Of a stretch of DNA of 64,000 bases, positions 23,421 to 36,790 are shown one piece after another. Below the pieces are notes generated by a model. It ran no database searches. It saw only the letters and a program-made list of their open reading frames with translations, and was not told where the DNA came from. Made by a program: the position numbers and the translations under genes. The stretch lies in NCBI RefSeq assembly GCF_001194135.2, contig NC_068988.1, positions 36,315,811 through 36,379,810 of the forward strand. Reading direction: 5' to 3'. Position 1 is the first letter of the stretch. Each line of letters opens with the position of its first letter. This DNA is from Octopus bimaculoides. Lineage: Eukaryota.

Positions 23421-23966
23421 AAACCCACAAATATTTGATTGATGGATCATTGATGAGACAACTGGCAAACATTAAAGAGAGAAAATCATGGGTTCATCTA
23501 CTTGACTTTCTGTGTTATGAGCACACCGAAACCACCTTTACATTTCAGCCATCCGTTGCAGAAAAAAATAAAGTTTCAACGAATGATAAGTTGATCAGAG
23601 TCAATTTTACTGAGTAATACTTAGTTCATTTCGTCTATGCATCGCAAGTTACTACGTCTGAGAAACCAAAGTGAATTTTCTTTGTCTCACTTATGCGCTA
23701 AGGTTAGATTAAGATGAAGCAAATATACAAAAGCTAATTTGAAACTACTGTTATGAAACCAAGTGTGACTCAAACAATCATAACCTCCGTATGATGTAAG
23801 CATTGTGTTACAAATATTGTGTTGTTTCACAAAGATACAAACTAGGCAGTTTACTTTTGGGCACATCGTCACAGAAGGATTTGGTATAGCAAATGGTTTT
23901 GAAAATTAAACGAAAAAGTTAACATGCAATTTTTCTAACATTAAAAAGAACATGAACCCTAATAAA

Positions 23967-24031
<65 letters not shown>

Positions 24032-24032
24032 C
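23967..24032. repeat. (CTA)n microsatellite
   Basis: Directly visible. Confidence 0.97.
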
Positions 24033-24139
24033 ACAAATATTGGAATCTTAAAATCACTAGAAAACCGTTAAGAGCACATAGAATCTCGTTACGGTACAAT
24101 AAATAAGAATAAAAACATATAAAACCATATTAAAATACG

Positions 24140-26519
24140 TACAGTTAAGATACACACCATAAAGTAGTGTAGCTTAGCGAACGAAGTCATGAAATCAGCT
24201 TATTTATCGGTCTTTCGTAGCTCATTTTACGCTGTAGTCCCAATGTCTACCACTAGGCGTCGTTGTCACTCTTGATTCCCGTGATTGTTTTGAATTCAGA
24301 TTTGTTTACGTCTGTTTATCGGCTACTTTCTTATTTTCATTCATTTGTAATTTTATCTTTTGACCTCATGTCTCCTCAGAACATTCATAATGAAAGTGCT
24401 TCATACTATAACGCTGGAAGATAAGATGTCTGTGATAAAAACACCATTGAAAAGGTAAAAAAGTGGTAGTAATTGAACGATTTTTTGAAATGAACCAGAC
24501 AACTGTATCAACGATTGTACATAATATGGACAAGAGTTTAGCACATATCAAATCTGAAGCCCCAGAGATGAAGATCGCTGTCATCAATGAGAAAAGGGAC
24601 AACATCGTTGGAGAAATCGGAAAGACTTCTTTCTCTTTGGATTGGTAAGTTGAATCGTCAGCGTGCTACTATTAGTCAAGAAATCATTCAAGAGAAAGCG
24701 TTATGATTGTTTGAGGACCTGAAGAAAAATTATCCAACTGAGAAATATGCAGAGTTCAAGGCAATCAAGAATGGTTCATGAGATTTAAGGAGCGAAGTCG
24801 TTATCACTCCATTAAGAAGCAAGGTGAAAGTACTTCAGCTGACGAACAAGGGGCAGCGGAATTTCCTAATGCGTTCAAGTAAATCATAGAATAAAATGGG
24901 TTTCTTCCCGAACAGATTTTTAACGTAGACGAAATTGAATTTTATTGGAAAAAATTTTCAACCCATTTATTCATTTCCAAGGAGGAGAAAACTATTCCAG
25001 GATGCAAGGTCTCAAAAGAATTTGTGACCATTATGTTGGGAGGTAATTGTGCAGGAGATTATAAGTTAAAGCTATTGCTTGTGTACCATGCATACAACAA
25101 CCGTGCCCTAAAGAATATACCCAAGGCGTCTCTCCCTGTTGAATGGATGGCTAATTCAAAAGCATGGGAAACTGTTGTTGTTTTTGAAGATTGGTTCTTC
25201 AATCATTTTATCCCACCAACAGAGAAGTACTGTAAGGAGAAGGGGATTCCTTATAAGGTTTTACTTATCTTAGATAATGTTACTGTTCAACCGAAAAACA
25301 TCGTAGATTTTGACCTTAATGTTACCGTCCTATACATCAATCCGAACACTACGTCCCTAGTGCAGCCAATGGATCAGAGTATAATTGTTATCTTCAAGCG
25401 TTACTATAAGAAGTGTACGCTGCGGCGAGCAATATGTGTAACTGATCTTAATGAGTTCATCACACTTCGTGACTTTTGCAAGAGATACGATATCTACAAG
25501 GCTGTAGAGACCTTAGCAGCGATATAGAATGATGTACAGAGCACGGTTATGAATGGTATATGGAAGAAACACTGCTTGCAATTCGTGAATGATTTTAAGG
25601 GGTTTGATAATGTTGCCATCAACGAAACGTTGGCGAATATGAGCAAAGAACTGGAAATGGATTTGGAGGAGGAGGATATCTCATATTTATTTGAAAATGT
25701 TAAGCAGTCCCTGACGGACGATGATTTGATAGAGCTTAACGAGCAGCAAAACAAAGAAGAAGAGGAAATCGAACCTGAGCCGAGTCACTTTACCATTAAG
25801 AAGACGCAGAAAGCTTTTGTACATATCAAAAAAAGGTTTTTCTATGTTAGAGGATACGGATTCAAAGGCTCAACGCTTTTCCATGATTATGAGAGCTTGT
25901 CATGGAACTTTTCCTCCTTATAATGTAATTCTTGAAGAAAAGAAGACGACAGTTCAAGGAACTCTTAATTGGTTTTTTTAAGCGCATCGAATGAAAAGAA
26001 CGGTCACAGTCAGATGTTAGTGTTGAGGATCCACAGCCATCTAAATCCGCGATGTAAACCACCAAATGGTATGTACGTATTGGTAAATTTTAAATAATTT
26101 AGTGTTTCTTTTTACTATTGCAAAATAATGATAATTATTAAATTTGTTTTTTAAGCTTAAAAAATGTTTTTATTTTACCATGTCTTATTGCAAACCGCAT
26201 TCATAAATAAAGCATCCACCATGTTCGGTAAACACCACCAAATTGTATTCGTAAATATAGATTACTTGGTTTTTATTAAAAAAAATTAAAAAATTATTTA
26301 TTTGTAAGCTTAAAATGGGTTTTTATTAACCATATGTTATTGAAAATGCATTCATAAATAAAGTACAGAACTGGGAATGGTTATTATCAGTTTAGCCTAG
26401 AGACAAGTAAATTTGGCCTAGCCTAGCTTAGTGACAATTTAAATCGACTTAAGTCGGTTTTTCGGCTTTAGTCGTGTCTCCTGAAACCAATGAACCACGT
26501 AGGGTCAGGTACGCCTGTA
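24140..26519 (+). mobile_element. Tigger/pogo-family DNA transposon with a near full-length disrupted transposase (CENP-B-type HTH plus DDE_1; about 24367-26050)
   Basis: ITLEDKMSVIK...TTVSTIV...IIQEKAL...WFMRFKERS...QIFNVDE...TIMLGGNCAGDYKLKLLLVYH...NSKAW...EDWFFNHFIP...VLLILDN...PNTTSLVQPMDQSII..FKRYY, with stops and frameshifts. The right end AGGTACGCCTG-TA is Tigger-TIR-like; the left TIR is not clearly recognisable. Confidence 0.9.
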
Positions 26520-29500
26520 AATTGTTTTGTTTTACTAATGATATGTCAGTAACTGTATGAATGTTTTCTTTGCATACAATAAGACTTATAACAATATATT
26601 TACCTTAAACTAAAACAATAGATAATCAGAAAGGAAGTTAAAATGATGCACACAATCTTTACAAATGCATGCTCATAAGAATGACTGCAGTTATTGTTTA
26701 TTCATAGAGGTAAGTGTTCTTTCAACCGGCATGGAAGTCAACTAACATTACTTTAAGAACAACACTGTAGTTTCTATTCTTTTACTGACCAGATAATGTC
26801 CTTTATATGCAAAAACAACAATCAAAGCTTTAAATATACAATGTATGAGAAAATGTAGCCATCGTGACACGAATGCTTTATATGCTTTCTGATAATTGAA
26901 TCCGTTTATTAATGTGGCAATTTGTCTAATTGAGTATATTGCTTTCCAGTAAAAATGAAATGTATGATTCTATGAATGTCCGTCTTCAGACACATGTCAC
27001 AAAATAAAGAATTTTGTTTAGAATTATATGTTTCCTTAAATGCAAAATACAAGACTTTTATACATAGCATTTTATCAAGACTAATTTCTTTGGTTTTAAA
27101 CACCGACAATGTTTTGGAAAGAAATAAGGAACGAGAAGAACGGAACAGTATGAAGGTATTCTGAAAATTTCATTAAACTGGAAACAAATTGATATCTTCT
27201 TAATTAGAGTTGAGTGAAAAACGCAACCAATATAAAATACATAACTAGATGTTCGCGCGTGCGCACAAACATTTTATACGTATATGTTTATATATATTTT
27301 TATTATGTATATGTGCGTAGGTACACACACATATATATAGCATATATAGTATGTATGCATATATCTCTATATCCATTCCTGTATGTACATGATAACCCTT
27401 GCTCAAAGATAACGCTAAGCTATACAGACAGGAGAGAATCTTGTAATTCCTGTATTTTCCTAGTGTGTATTTTTTAAATTTTTTAAATAATATTCAATTA
27501 TTAAGATTATAATATTCAATTTTGGAAGGTCTTTGTATGTAGGACGCAAATGATATTTCTTTTCACAATTTCAAAGTGATTTAAAGGCAATTTTGTTTTC
27601 TAAGAATTTGTAATGTAGAAATATTAATCAAAGTATGACATTCAATAAGATTCTACGTTGAGTGATTAATGCAAACTCACTCCCATATCTCTTTAGCAAT
27701 ATTATCAGCTATATTTTGTCCTCAAATCCTGCTTAGTAGTTAAACATTAATTCTTGGCATATTTAACTACGTGCGGTTTGAATTAAATATTTTCTTCAAT
27801 AAAGTGCAAATTGAAAATTGACTAACTTTGTTTTTTGCTGCTGTAGTTGTTGCAAATCATCCAGTAAATTGAATTTACCCGTTGAGATATCTCATTCAAA
27901 AATAATTTCTTTTGGATTTCAAAATCGCAACTTTTTTCGTTTTCCTATATATTGTTAGTTAATGAGATTTTTTTCATATATACATTTGTCTTTTAAATTT
28001 GATTAAAAAAATACTCTTGAAATAATCTAAATTCAATTTAAGTAATCAACGAATATCGATTCAAAGATATCAATCTTGTCTTTTATTTATCAAATCACTT
28101 TAATGTTTTTATATGTGTCAACTATAAAGTATTTTCTTACAGCTTTTAGCATTTATAGATTTCAACAACACTAAGAAAAAGAATTAAAAATCAAAAGCCA
28201 CTGCTAGCAAATTTTGTTTTTCTTTCGATCTTCTTAGTGTTCTGTCATATTTCTGTTTATGTGTTTGCATCTTGTTTTATTATTTTTGTGCTTTCGATCA
28301 TTATTTCATTCTGACATGCCTTCATTTCAGAAACCATTCAGCTGTAATATTAAGGATTTAATAGTGTAACAAGACGTCACGTCCTACTGTCAAAACTTTC
28401 TACGCACGATTTTTTGTAAATTTTTATAAATTTTTTATCTCATTTTATTTCCGTATTCTTATTTTTTAAATGTCTTATTTTCCGTTTTACTTTCAGATTT
28501 TATCCTTACCTCTGCAGTCACTCACCACCTTTACTAATCTTAGTTACGGACTGACAGCTTGATTACTTCTAGAATCTTCTTTTCAACCATAATTCAAACC
28601 TTTCACAGAAAAATCAAAATCAAAATTAATCTATACAAGACACGGCCTTTGTCATTAATGTCACGGTGCAGATGCTGTTAATATTTTTAGCACTATTCAT
28701 CTATCCGTCAACATTACAAATATTTTCGTTGTTTCATTAGATGTTTATGAACACTTGTATACGTTTTCGTGTTCGTGTTTGTTTGCCAATATGCCGTTTA
28801 AAATTTTTCTCAGACTTTTTACGTAAATAACATTTTCATCAAATATTTCAGACTATTGCATTTGAATGCGACTTCCAATATGTTTTAGAATTTCGATTGT
28901 AATTTTATTCTGAAAAAAAAAAACTCCATAAAACTATAAGTGCATTTCAGTGGGCTATTGTAATTATCGTGTCAACATGAATTTAGAAAATTGTAATGTT
29001 CTCGGAAAGCCCATTTACAACTCAACATAACATTTTTATATGCAATGTGTTATTTATCCAATAACTTGAATGAAATAAAGGGTTGTTGGTGTTTGGTCTT
29101 AAATGCCCGTTGTCAAACATGAATTAAAATGTGTTCGGATTAAACTAAAGGAATAATTTATGAATAGAAGGCATACGTTTCTGGTGCTATAGAAACGCCA
29201 ATAATTTTTTGAAGCAGTGTGACGGATTACTTGAATCAGTATTGTAAACATGATTTTCATTATTCTAATTGTTATCTGCATCGGAAACTTCCACAGTAGC
29301 ATAAAATACGTGGATATATTCATATGTAAGGGATTACCATTTACAAGATTTTGGTAGAATGCTGTGACCACAAAATTAAGCTTGTTAATTTTCTCAGATA
29401 TCTTTAATACAGAGATTCTTCCAATATGCTTGCTCTTTTCTGCTGGAGTAACTAGCTTACTATATTGTAAAAACATATTTGCATGAAGTTATATTCTTCT

Positions 29501-32500
29501 AGAGTGATTCTCATTAAAACATCACAAATCGCAAAATACGATAAAAACAATAAATTTCTTTCGTTGCCGTGGCTCGGCAGTTTTCTTGTAGTAACTTCAG
29601 AACTTAGTTTAGAATATCGCATTCGATGCACCATGCAAATCTTTTTGTGGAGTCCTATAGAACAGATGTAATGTATGATAAAAGTATTGCAGGATGAATA
29701 CGAATATGTTGCACTTCTATTTACTGGAGTCATGAAAAATTATATAATTAAGGTCAAAGGATTCTATTGAGAAGGAAAGAAAAACAGAATCACGGATTTG
29801 TTTTTACAAAATTGAAAATTATGGAGTTGCGCTCACACTTACGCGATTATGTAGTAGACAATTTAGTGAAACATTTACGACTCAATATATTACTGCTACA
29901 CACACGCACTCACACGCACATGTACACACACACATATATACAGAGTTATAATGAAGACCCAATGTTTTGCGAAAGTTTCAATATAACCCTTGATTTCTCT
30001 TCATCATTGTCATTGTTTGCTGAGATCCGTGCTTCACAAACAAATAGGTAACAAAAACCAAAATATTATAAATGGAGTCAATGAAACAAAACGATTTGGA
30101 CGTAGAAGTGTACACATATAACACTTAAGCGAACAACAAAGAAAGAGTACAATGAATCCTCAATACTACAAATATTGAGGCATGAAATAGAAAAAAATAT
30201 GCGATACTAAATACGTTTGTTTCTATGGGAGGGAACAGGTATCTTTAGATACTCATTAGCTAAGGATAGCTGTGTTTGCGTGAAGTGATGTAGGATATTT
30301 TTGTCTTAAAAGCGATGAATCTAACTACAATGCATTAGTGTAGTGTTCTATAGTGGGGAGAAATTTGTAAACCTGTGGTATGCTGCGGGTAATTTTGTTT
30401 TTTACGTTAGGTGATGTGTATACCTGCATTTTCATGTGTAGTTTTTGTAAATTGAGTATAGTTGTATGGACGTATTGAGGAATATCATGGTGTATGTTTA
30501 TGTAGTCTCGAAGATATGTGAGTGAAATCGTGAAGTGTATAATGGATTAAATGTTGGACGATAGAATGCAGTTTCATATGGTGTTGTTATGTTACTGTCA
30601 ACAGAACATTTACATCAGAATGGTCGAAAACACCGAGACGAAAAACAATTCTTCGCTCCTTTTGGAAGTGAGAAGCAGGACTTTCCTTGAATTCAAATAA
30701 TAGAAGAGACTGAGAGATAAAAATTACTGTGCGCAGAGGAGTTCATATGGCAACGAACTGGCGTTGTTACAGTGTTGGGAAAATGGGTTTACGTAAATAT
30801 ACACTGAAACGATCCACAAATCAACTGACAAAAATTCCCATGTATAGGAAAGCATAAAGACAATAATCAATAATTTTTTGTGGTACAGGACTCCTCGTGT
30901 GCCGAACAGTAAAATATTTGTTTTATTTAATCGAAGCTCGATTCGACAGCTAAATAATGCAAGATATATTACCGTTGTGGTACCATATCCGATTCAGGAA
31001 AAGTTATGAAAATGAATGGAAATAGAACTAACTGGAAATTGAATCTGAGTTGCACTTGATTGCAAACATATGCTACATTACTCAGTTAAGAAAAAATACA
31101 TTTTTGTTTTTTAAAATTTGGCAGAGATGTCACATATACAGTGTATACAGAAATATAAATTTGAACATTAATGGTATATTAGAAATATATTAGTGAGAGG
31201 TTACTCTAATAGCTCATAGTTACTTGCAATATTGCTTCATAATCCATGTTCTTGTTTAGATATTTATTTTCATTGTATTTTTATCTGTTTGCTAAAGAAG
31301 TGTATGATGCGTGTGTCACTATGGTATTAAGCCATATAAGTAATTTTTAGGATTTTAGCATATTTCTAGTGACCATTTTCTCCATTGAATTCTGAAGGCT
31401 AGAAAATCATAAACAAAGAGTAAATATTAATTTTCTTTAGTTTTTTTTATTATTTAAACATTTTCCGATCATTCTTTTGTTTTTCTTATATATTTGTTAA
31501 TATTTATTGTGAAGAGTTGTATATCATTTCTTTTCACACATACAAAACACAGACAAAAATTGTAGAAACATTCTCAAATAGTAACTTCAAACTTTCAGCT
31601 TAATATCTTCTGTTTTCAGGAATTGAGATTTTTAAAAAAATTAATTTCGCCGAGAATGTTATGTACGCATATTTATTTTTGTATGATATATATTGTGAGG
31701 AGAAAGAAAAACATTTAGATTTTAAATTATTAGTGAATGACATAATATAGAAGCCAAAAGCAAGTATAACTTTTTAAAAAGTAAAACACAATGACATTTT
31801 CTATATTGAAGCAGAGAATATGATATTGCGTATGGCGCCATTTATATAAATGTAGTTTTACTACAATATGCTTTGAGTTTATAATGCATCCAAGCGCGAT
31901 CTTTATGATTTACGCTTATGACTGTCGCGGTGACACATAAATCAACCAGTGTTTAGCGTCAGATAGTAAGTTGTTATGTATGTTCTAAACCCCACACATA
32001 TATCTCATATTTTAGGCTTGAGAAGGGTTGTAAAACCGTAAAAGTATAGAAGCTAATATACAAATGTGTAACATGTACAATAGGAATTGAAGGATATCTA
32101 AATTTATAGCATAATTCATGGAAGAAATTTTCTTCGCTACAGACACAATTATCTTGCCCCCACCCCGAGATAGCAAACATGTTTTTACCACACAACTGTC
32201 TGACATGTATTCGAGCCACAGATAATAAATCTGTCTAGAAAGGATTTTGAATCGCTGCTGATAGGATAGGATTGCTTTATTGAAATCATGATAATGTGGT
32301 TCAAAGAGAAACCATGTTTCATGCTAGCGTATGTCGGATACGTATTCTTTTTTTACTGAGATTCTGAAAGCACCCTGTCATTGCTTTTGCATTAACAGGA
32401 AAAGTGTGATATATTTATTTCTCAATCCTTTTTACTTTCAAATTCGGGTATTTGAAAATGATGCAGAAACAAACTGTCTTCTCAAAAATATATATTGCAA

Positions 32501-32525
32501 CATTATTTTATTCCATACGAAACGA

Positions 32526-32702
32526 TACGAGGGGTTGCGGAAAACTTCCCGAGTTCTTTTACAGAGCTTAGAAAATTTGAAAGACAGTTGCAATAAATGT
32601 TTCAACGTGAGGAGGGAATATACTGTATAAAATAATAACTAATTGATCCTCTTGTATTTTCTTTTACCCAAAACCAGGAACTTTGCAGCACCCAATCGCG
32701 TA
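32526..32702. mobile_element. Mariner-derived MITE, decayed
   Basis: TA-CGAGGGGTTGCGGAAAACTTCCCG...CCAGGAACTTTGCAGCACCCAATCGCG-TA: imperfect terminal inverted repeats with TA flanks. Confidence 0.65.
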
Positions 32703-33620
32703 TATTGATTTTCTACATAGGCTCCAGTAATTTTACATGTATTCAAGTTCACCGCTAATATGTTGCATGTGACATTGAGAAATGGCCATCAATTGTGGGT
32801 CATGACCGAAAGTGTACGATCACGAATATAGGCGACGAAATTGGATTCCTTCGAATTCCCTTTGGTGTAACATTACTCGACAGGTATCATACTTATAATA
32901 ACATACCAAAAGCAGAAAAAGAATATATGTGCTGCACTTTAACCCACATATGATATATATTTCATAGTATGATATCATATATCAGTGTGCTAAACGCTAC
33001 TATTCTAGCCTTATTGCTCCATTAGACTCAAAGAAATATAGTACAAAAGATTGATAAGGCTATGGAGAAATTTTACACCGTGAAGTTCATGACCTTCAAG
33101 CAGTTACTGACAAACTCATTGAGATGAAATTGTTTAACCAGAAAATAATACTTTCATGTAATCAGTTTCTAATATTATTCCTCACTAACAATAACTCTTA
33201 AATATTAATATGCAAGAACAAAAGTTATTCTGAAGAAATTGATGGCGGTATGCCTAGAAAGTGAATAAAATTAGATAAGTTCATATCAACTGCAGACGAG
33301 AAATATCTGACCTTTGACACTCGCACTTCATGAGATGGAGAGCAAAAGGATTTTACCCATCACCAGCTTACCCGTCACCAATAAGAGCATATGATGTTAC
33401 ATAATGATATGTTTTTATGTGTGATGGTGGTAATAATATGTATAAGATAAAATAATGATATGACGTGTTCTTCATTTCATCGAAGAGATTAATGATGCAA
33501 ATACAATAGAAAGACTGCCAACGTTAAATTAAATTAACTTCAATGATTTAGTTTGGCTAGACCTCTATGAAGTAAGGCACGTAAAGTTTAATACACTGAT
33601 CTAATTATTTATTTTTTTCA

Positions 33621-33687
<67 letters not shown>

Positions 33688-34585
33688 NNNNNNNNNNNNN
33701 NNNNNNNNNNNNNNNNNNNNNNNNNNNNNNNNNNNNNNNNNNNNNNNNNNNNNNNNNNNNNNNNNNNNNNNNNNNNNNNNNNNNNNNNNNNNNNNNNNNN
33801 NNNNNNNNNNNNNNNNNNNNNNNNNNNNNNNNNNNNNNNNNNNNNNNNNNNNNNNNNNNNNNNNNNNNNNNNNNNNTCGTCGAGAGTTTTTTTCTTTGTG
33901 TAGATAGAAGTTATTGACTTCTTTCTGTCTGAATGTATCATAAATCATATTTATATATATATGTGTGTGTGTGTGTGTGTTTGGAGGACATTATACTTAG
34001 TTGCTATGATGGAAGAAATCAATAGTATCATACTGTTTTTTCTTGTCTCCAACTAAGAATTTTGCGAGACGAAATTGACTGTGGTTGAAGACAATAATTA
34101 TGAAACTTAATATTAGAATACATTCATACCGGTAGCCTACAATATATAGATTAAAATAGCATTAAACATCCGCAGTTAATTGTAATGATTTACAATTTTA
34201 AAAGAATGAAATTTCTATAAGGCGATTAATCAAATGTTTTCACTAAGTCTTGCAAATGAATTGATAAATTTAACACAGTTTAATTTTGATTTAATTTATC
34301 TAGATCATGTATGTGAAAGTTCAGTATTTTTATAGTTTCTTACGTAAATAACGTGTGAAAGGTGTTAAAATAAATTCTATCGGGGCAATGAAAGTTGACA
34401 ATGAAAAAAATTTATGATATTTATATGATTAAAAAATATCAAAATTAAAATCTTTTATCAAAAAGTGTGCATATTTTATTGAATATATATTACAAATCTT
34501 CATAAAATTTGTCTGGAACTTTCATAAATCATAATTACGAGTTGCACAAAAAAATAAAATGTATACAACCTAAATAAATTTCTCG

Positions 34586-35403
34586 GCAGAGAAAAATTTG
34601 TAGTTTAGAATCAGTAGTTCTTTGACTGCTGTTTCTGAATTTTCAGTATGTTGGAGAAGCAACTCAATTGCTAATCCCTTATATTTATGATGATAAATGG
34701 TCTTACCGATAAAGGTTTATTTCATACTGAACTACTTGGCAAAATTGTTAATTGTTAATTTTATTATTAATTGACAATTCCCTGCCCTCATTTCTTGTAT
34801 ATATATATATATATATGNNNNNNNNNNNNNNNNNNNNNNNNNNNNNNNNNNNNNNNNNNNNNNNNNNNNNNNNNNNNNNNNNNNNNNNNNNNNNNNNNNN
34901 NNNNNNNNNNNNNNNNNNNNNNNNNNNNNNNNNNNNNNNNNNNNNNNNNNNNNNNNNNNNNNNNNNNNNNNNNNNNNNNNNNNNNNNNNNNNNNNNNNNN
35001 NNNNNNNNNNNNNNNNNNNNNNNNNNNNNNNNNNNNNNNNNNNNNNNNNNNNNNNNNNNNNNNNNNNNNNNNNNNNNNNNNNNNNNNNNNNNNNNNNNNN
35101 NNNNNNNNNNNNNNNNNNNNNNNNNNNNNNNNNNNNNNNNNNNNNNNNNNNNNNNNNNNNNNNNNNNNNNNGCAGAGAAAAATTTGTAGTTTAGAATCAG
35201 TAGTTCTTTGACTGCTGTTTCTGAATTTTCAGTATGTTGGAGAAGCAACTCAATTGCTAATCCCTTATATTTATGATGATAAATGGTCTTACCGATAAAG
35301 GTTTATTTCATACTGAACTACTTGGCAAAATTGTTAATTGTTAATTTTATTATTAATTGACAATTCCCTGCCCTCATTTCTTGTATATATATATATATAT
35401 ATG
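34586..35403. repeat. About 232-bp identical direct duplication flanking an N gap (34586-34817 and 35172-35403)
   Basis: gcagagaaaaatttgtag...ccctcatttcttg(TA)n occurs identically on both sides of the gap; probably an unmerged contig overlap. Confidence 0.9.
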
Positions 35404-36519
35404 TATATCTATGTATGGCAGGTCGCTCTTGGGTGCTACTGCTAACATGTAACTCGGTACAACCTGTTACGCGGTCGGGTTGTCGGCGACGAAAGGGGGC
35501 AACATTCCAAGATGGACGATAAGAACTGTCAAAGGGTGGAGGAGCTCATGAGTAATCAGCGGCCATCCAACAATATGTGTACATGACTTCGTATGCATGT
35601 ATGTACACGCGGGGACGTGAAAATACCTGGGTTGGTATCCAGGCGCGCGGTTGGCCCACCGACAATATTCGATGATGTAGAGTAGTTCTTTTCGCGTTGT
35701 TGTTGTCCATATACAGAAAGTGGGATTTAATTTCTGCAAATCCTTTCCTCATTATGAAAAAAATCATCATATGCACAGGCATTCCCGAAAAAAAAAAACT
35801 GTAAGACCTATCAGAAAAATGGCTGGTCGTAGCCTTCGCATTTGTGGGACTTTGGATCAGGTGATGGCAATAATAAAACAGGAGTTTGCAGCCGTCATGT
35901 ATGTATGTGTATGTACGTATGTGGTTGTGTTTGTGTGGGTGGGTGTGTATGTGTGCGTTGATCTAACCTAGATCTACGTCTCCTTCAATGGAATTTGAAC
36001 AACTTCAACAGGGTACATTTGCGTATATGTTTGTACTTGTGCAATATTTGGAATCAGTGCATATGCAGATTTATATGTTCATTTCATATATGTATCCTCA
36101 TGCATATAGTTGCATGATTATACAGGTACATATATACTGAAATGTTAAATTTCTGGAAGGTTTTAGAAGTCGTTATTATTCCAGTGATGTCTTGAATCTG
36201 TAGTTTTCAAATGAGCTTTCTGTTTTCTGGCTTTGAGAAGAGTAATTTCTAAAGATTGGTATTTAGGCAGTGTGTTAAATATCGAAGTTCCTCAATAACT
36301 ACGCTTATAAAACTGAACTTGTAATCTGGGATGAGTAACTGTAGATTTCTCAATATGGCAACTGTCATTTACCTCTAGTCTCTAACAAAATAGAAAGCCA
36401 CAATACTAAATTCATAAACCAGAATTTTTATATTTAAATATCAGGGTTGCTTAAGCATTCAGATAAAATGAACACATTTTAATGCTTGTTTGCATATTTT
36501 ACAGTAACTAGATATCAGT

Positions 36520-36790
36520 TGAATATGCATCAACGAAGGAACAGTCGCTTGAAAGAAGTCTCTTTCCATGTTGTCAGGAAGTTTTGAATTCCACACTAAA
36601 TATAACATGCTGACGGCATTACAAACTTCGTCAATGTAAGAGTTAAAAGCGTTTTCGTAGGTAGAGAATTTACTAATAGGATTAGTAAATTCTCCTACAG
36701 AGTTGAGAGGTGTGCAGACACTGTTTTGATTGTTCCATTTTGGATTGAGCTTATGCATTCTATTTTGATTGTTTAGATGGAGACTGATTC
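36520..36790 (-). mobile_element. RTE-clade LINE RT C-terminal fragment
   Basis: CTPLNSVGEFTNPISKFSTYENAFNSYIDEVCNAVSMLYLVWNSKLPDNMERDFFQATVPSL aligns by eye to the RTE segment ...FTYLGS...AW.A..RL..IWKS.L...MKR.FFQA.V.S.L. Confidence 0.65.

Noticed and set aside
29452-29763. Minus-strand segment with good acceptor and donor sites and a 93-aa ORF
   Set aside because: No frame is open across the whole putative exon and I recognise no domain; it could be a UTR-containing exon but cannot be supported from sequence alone.
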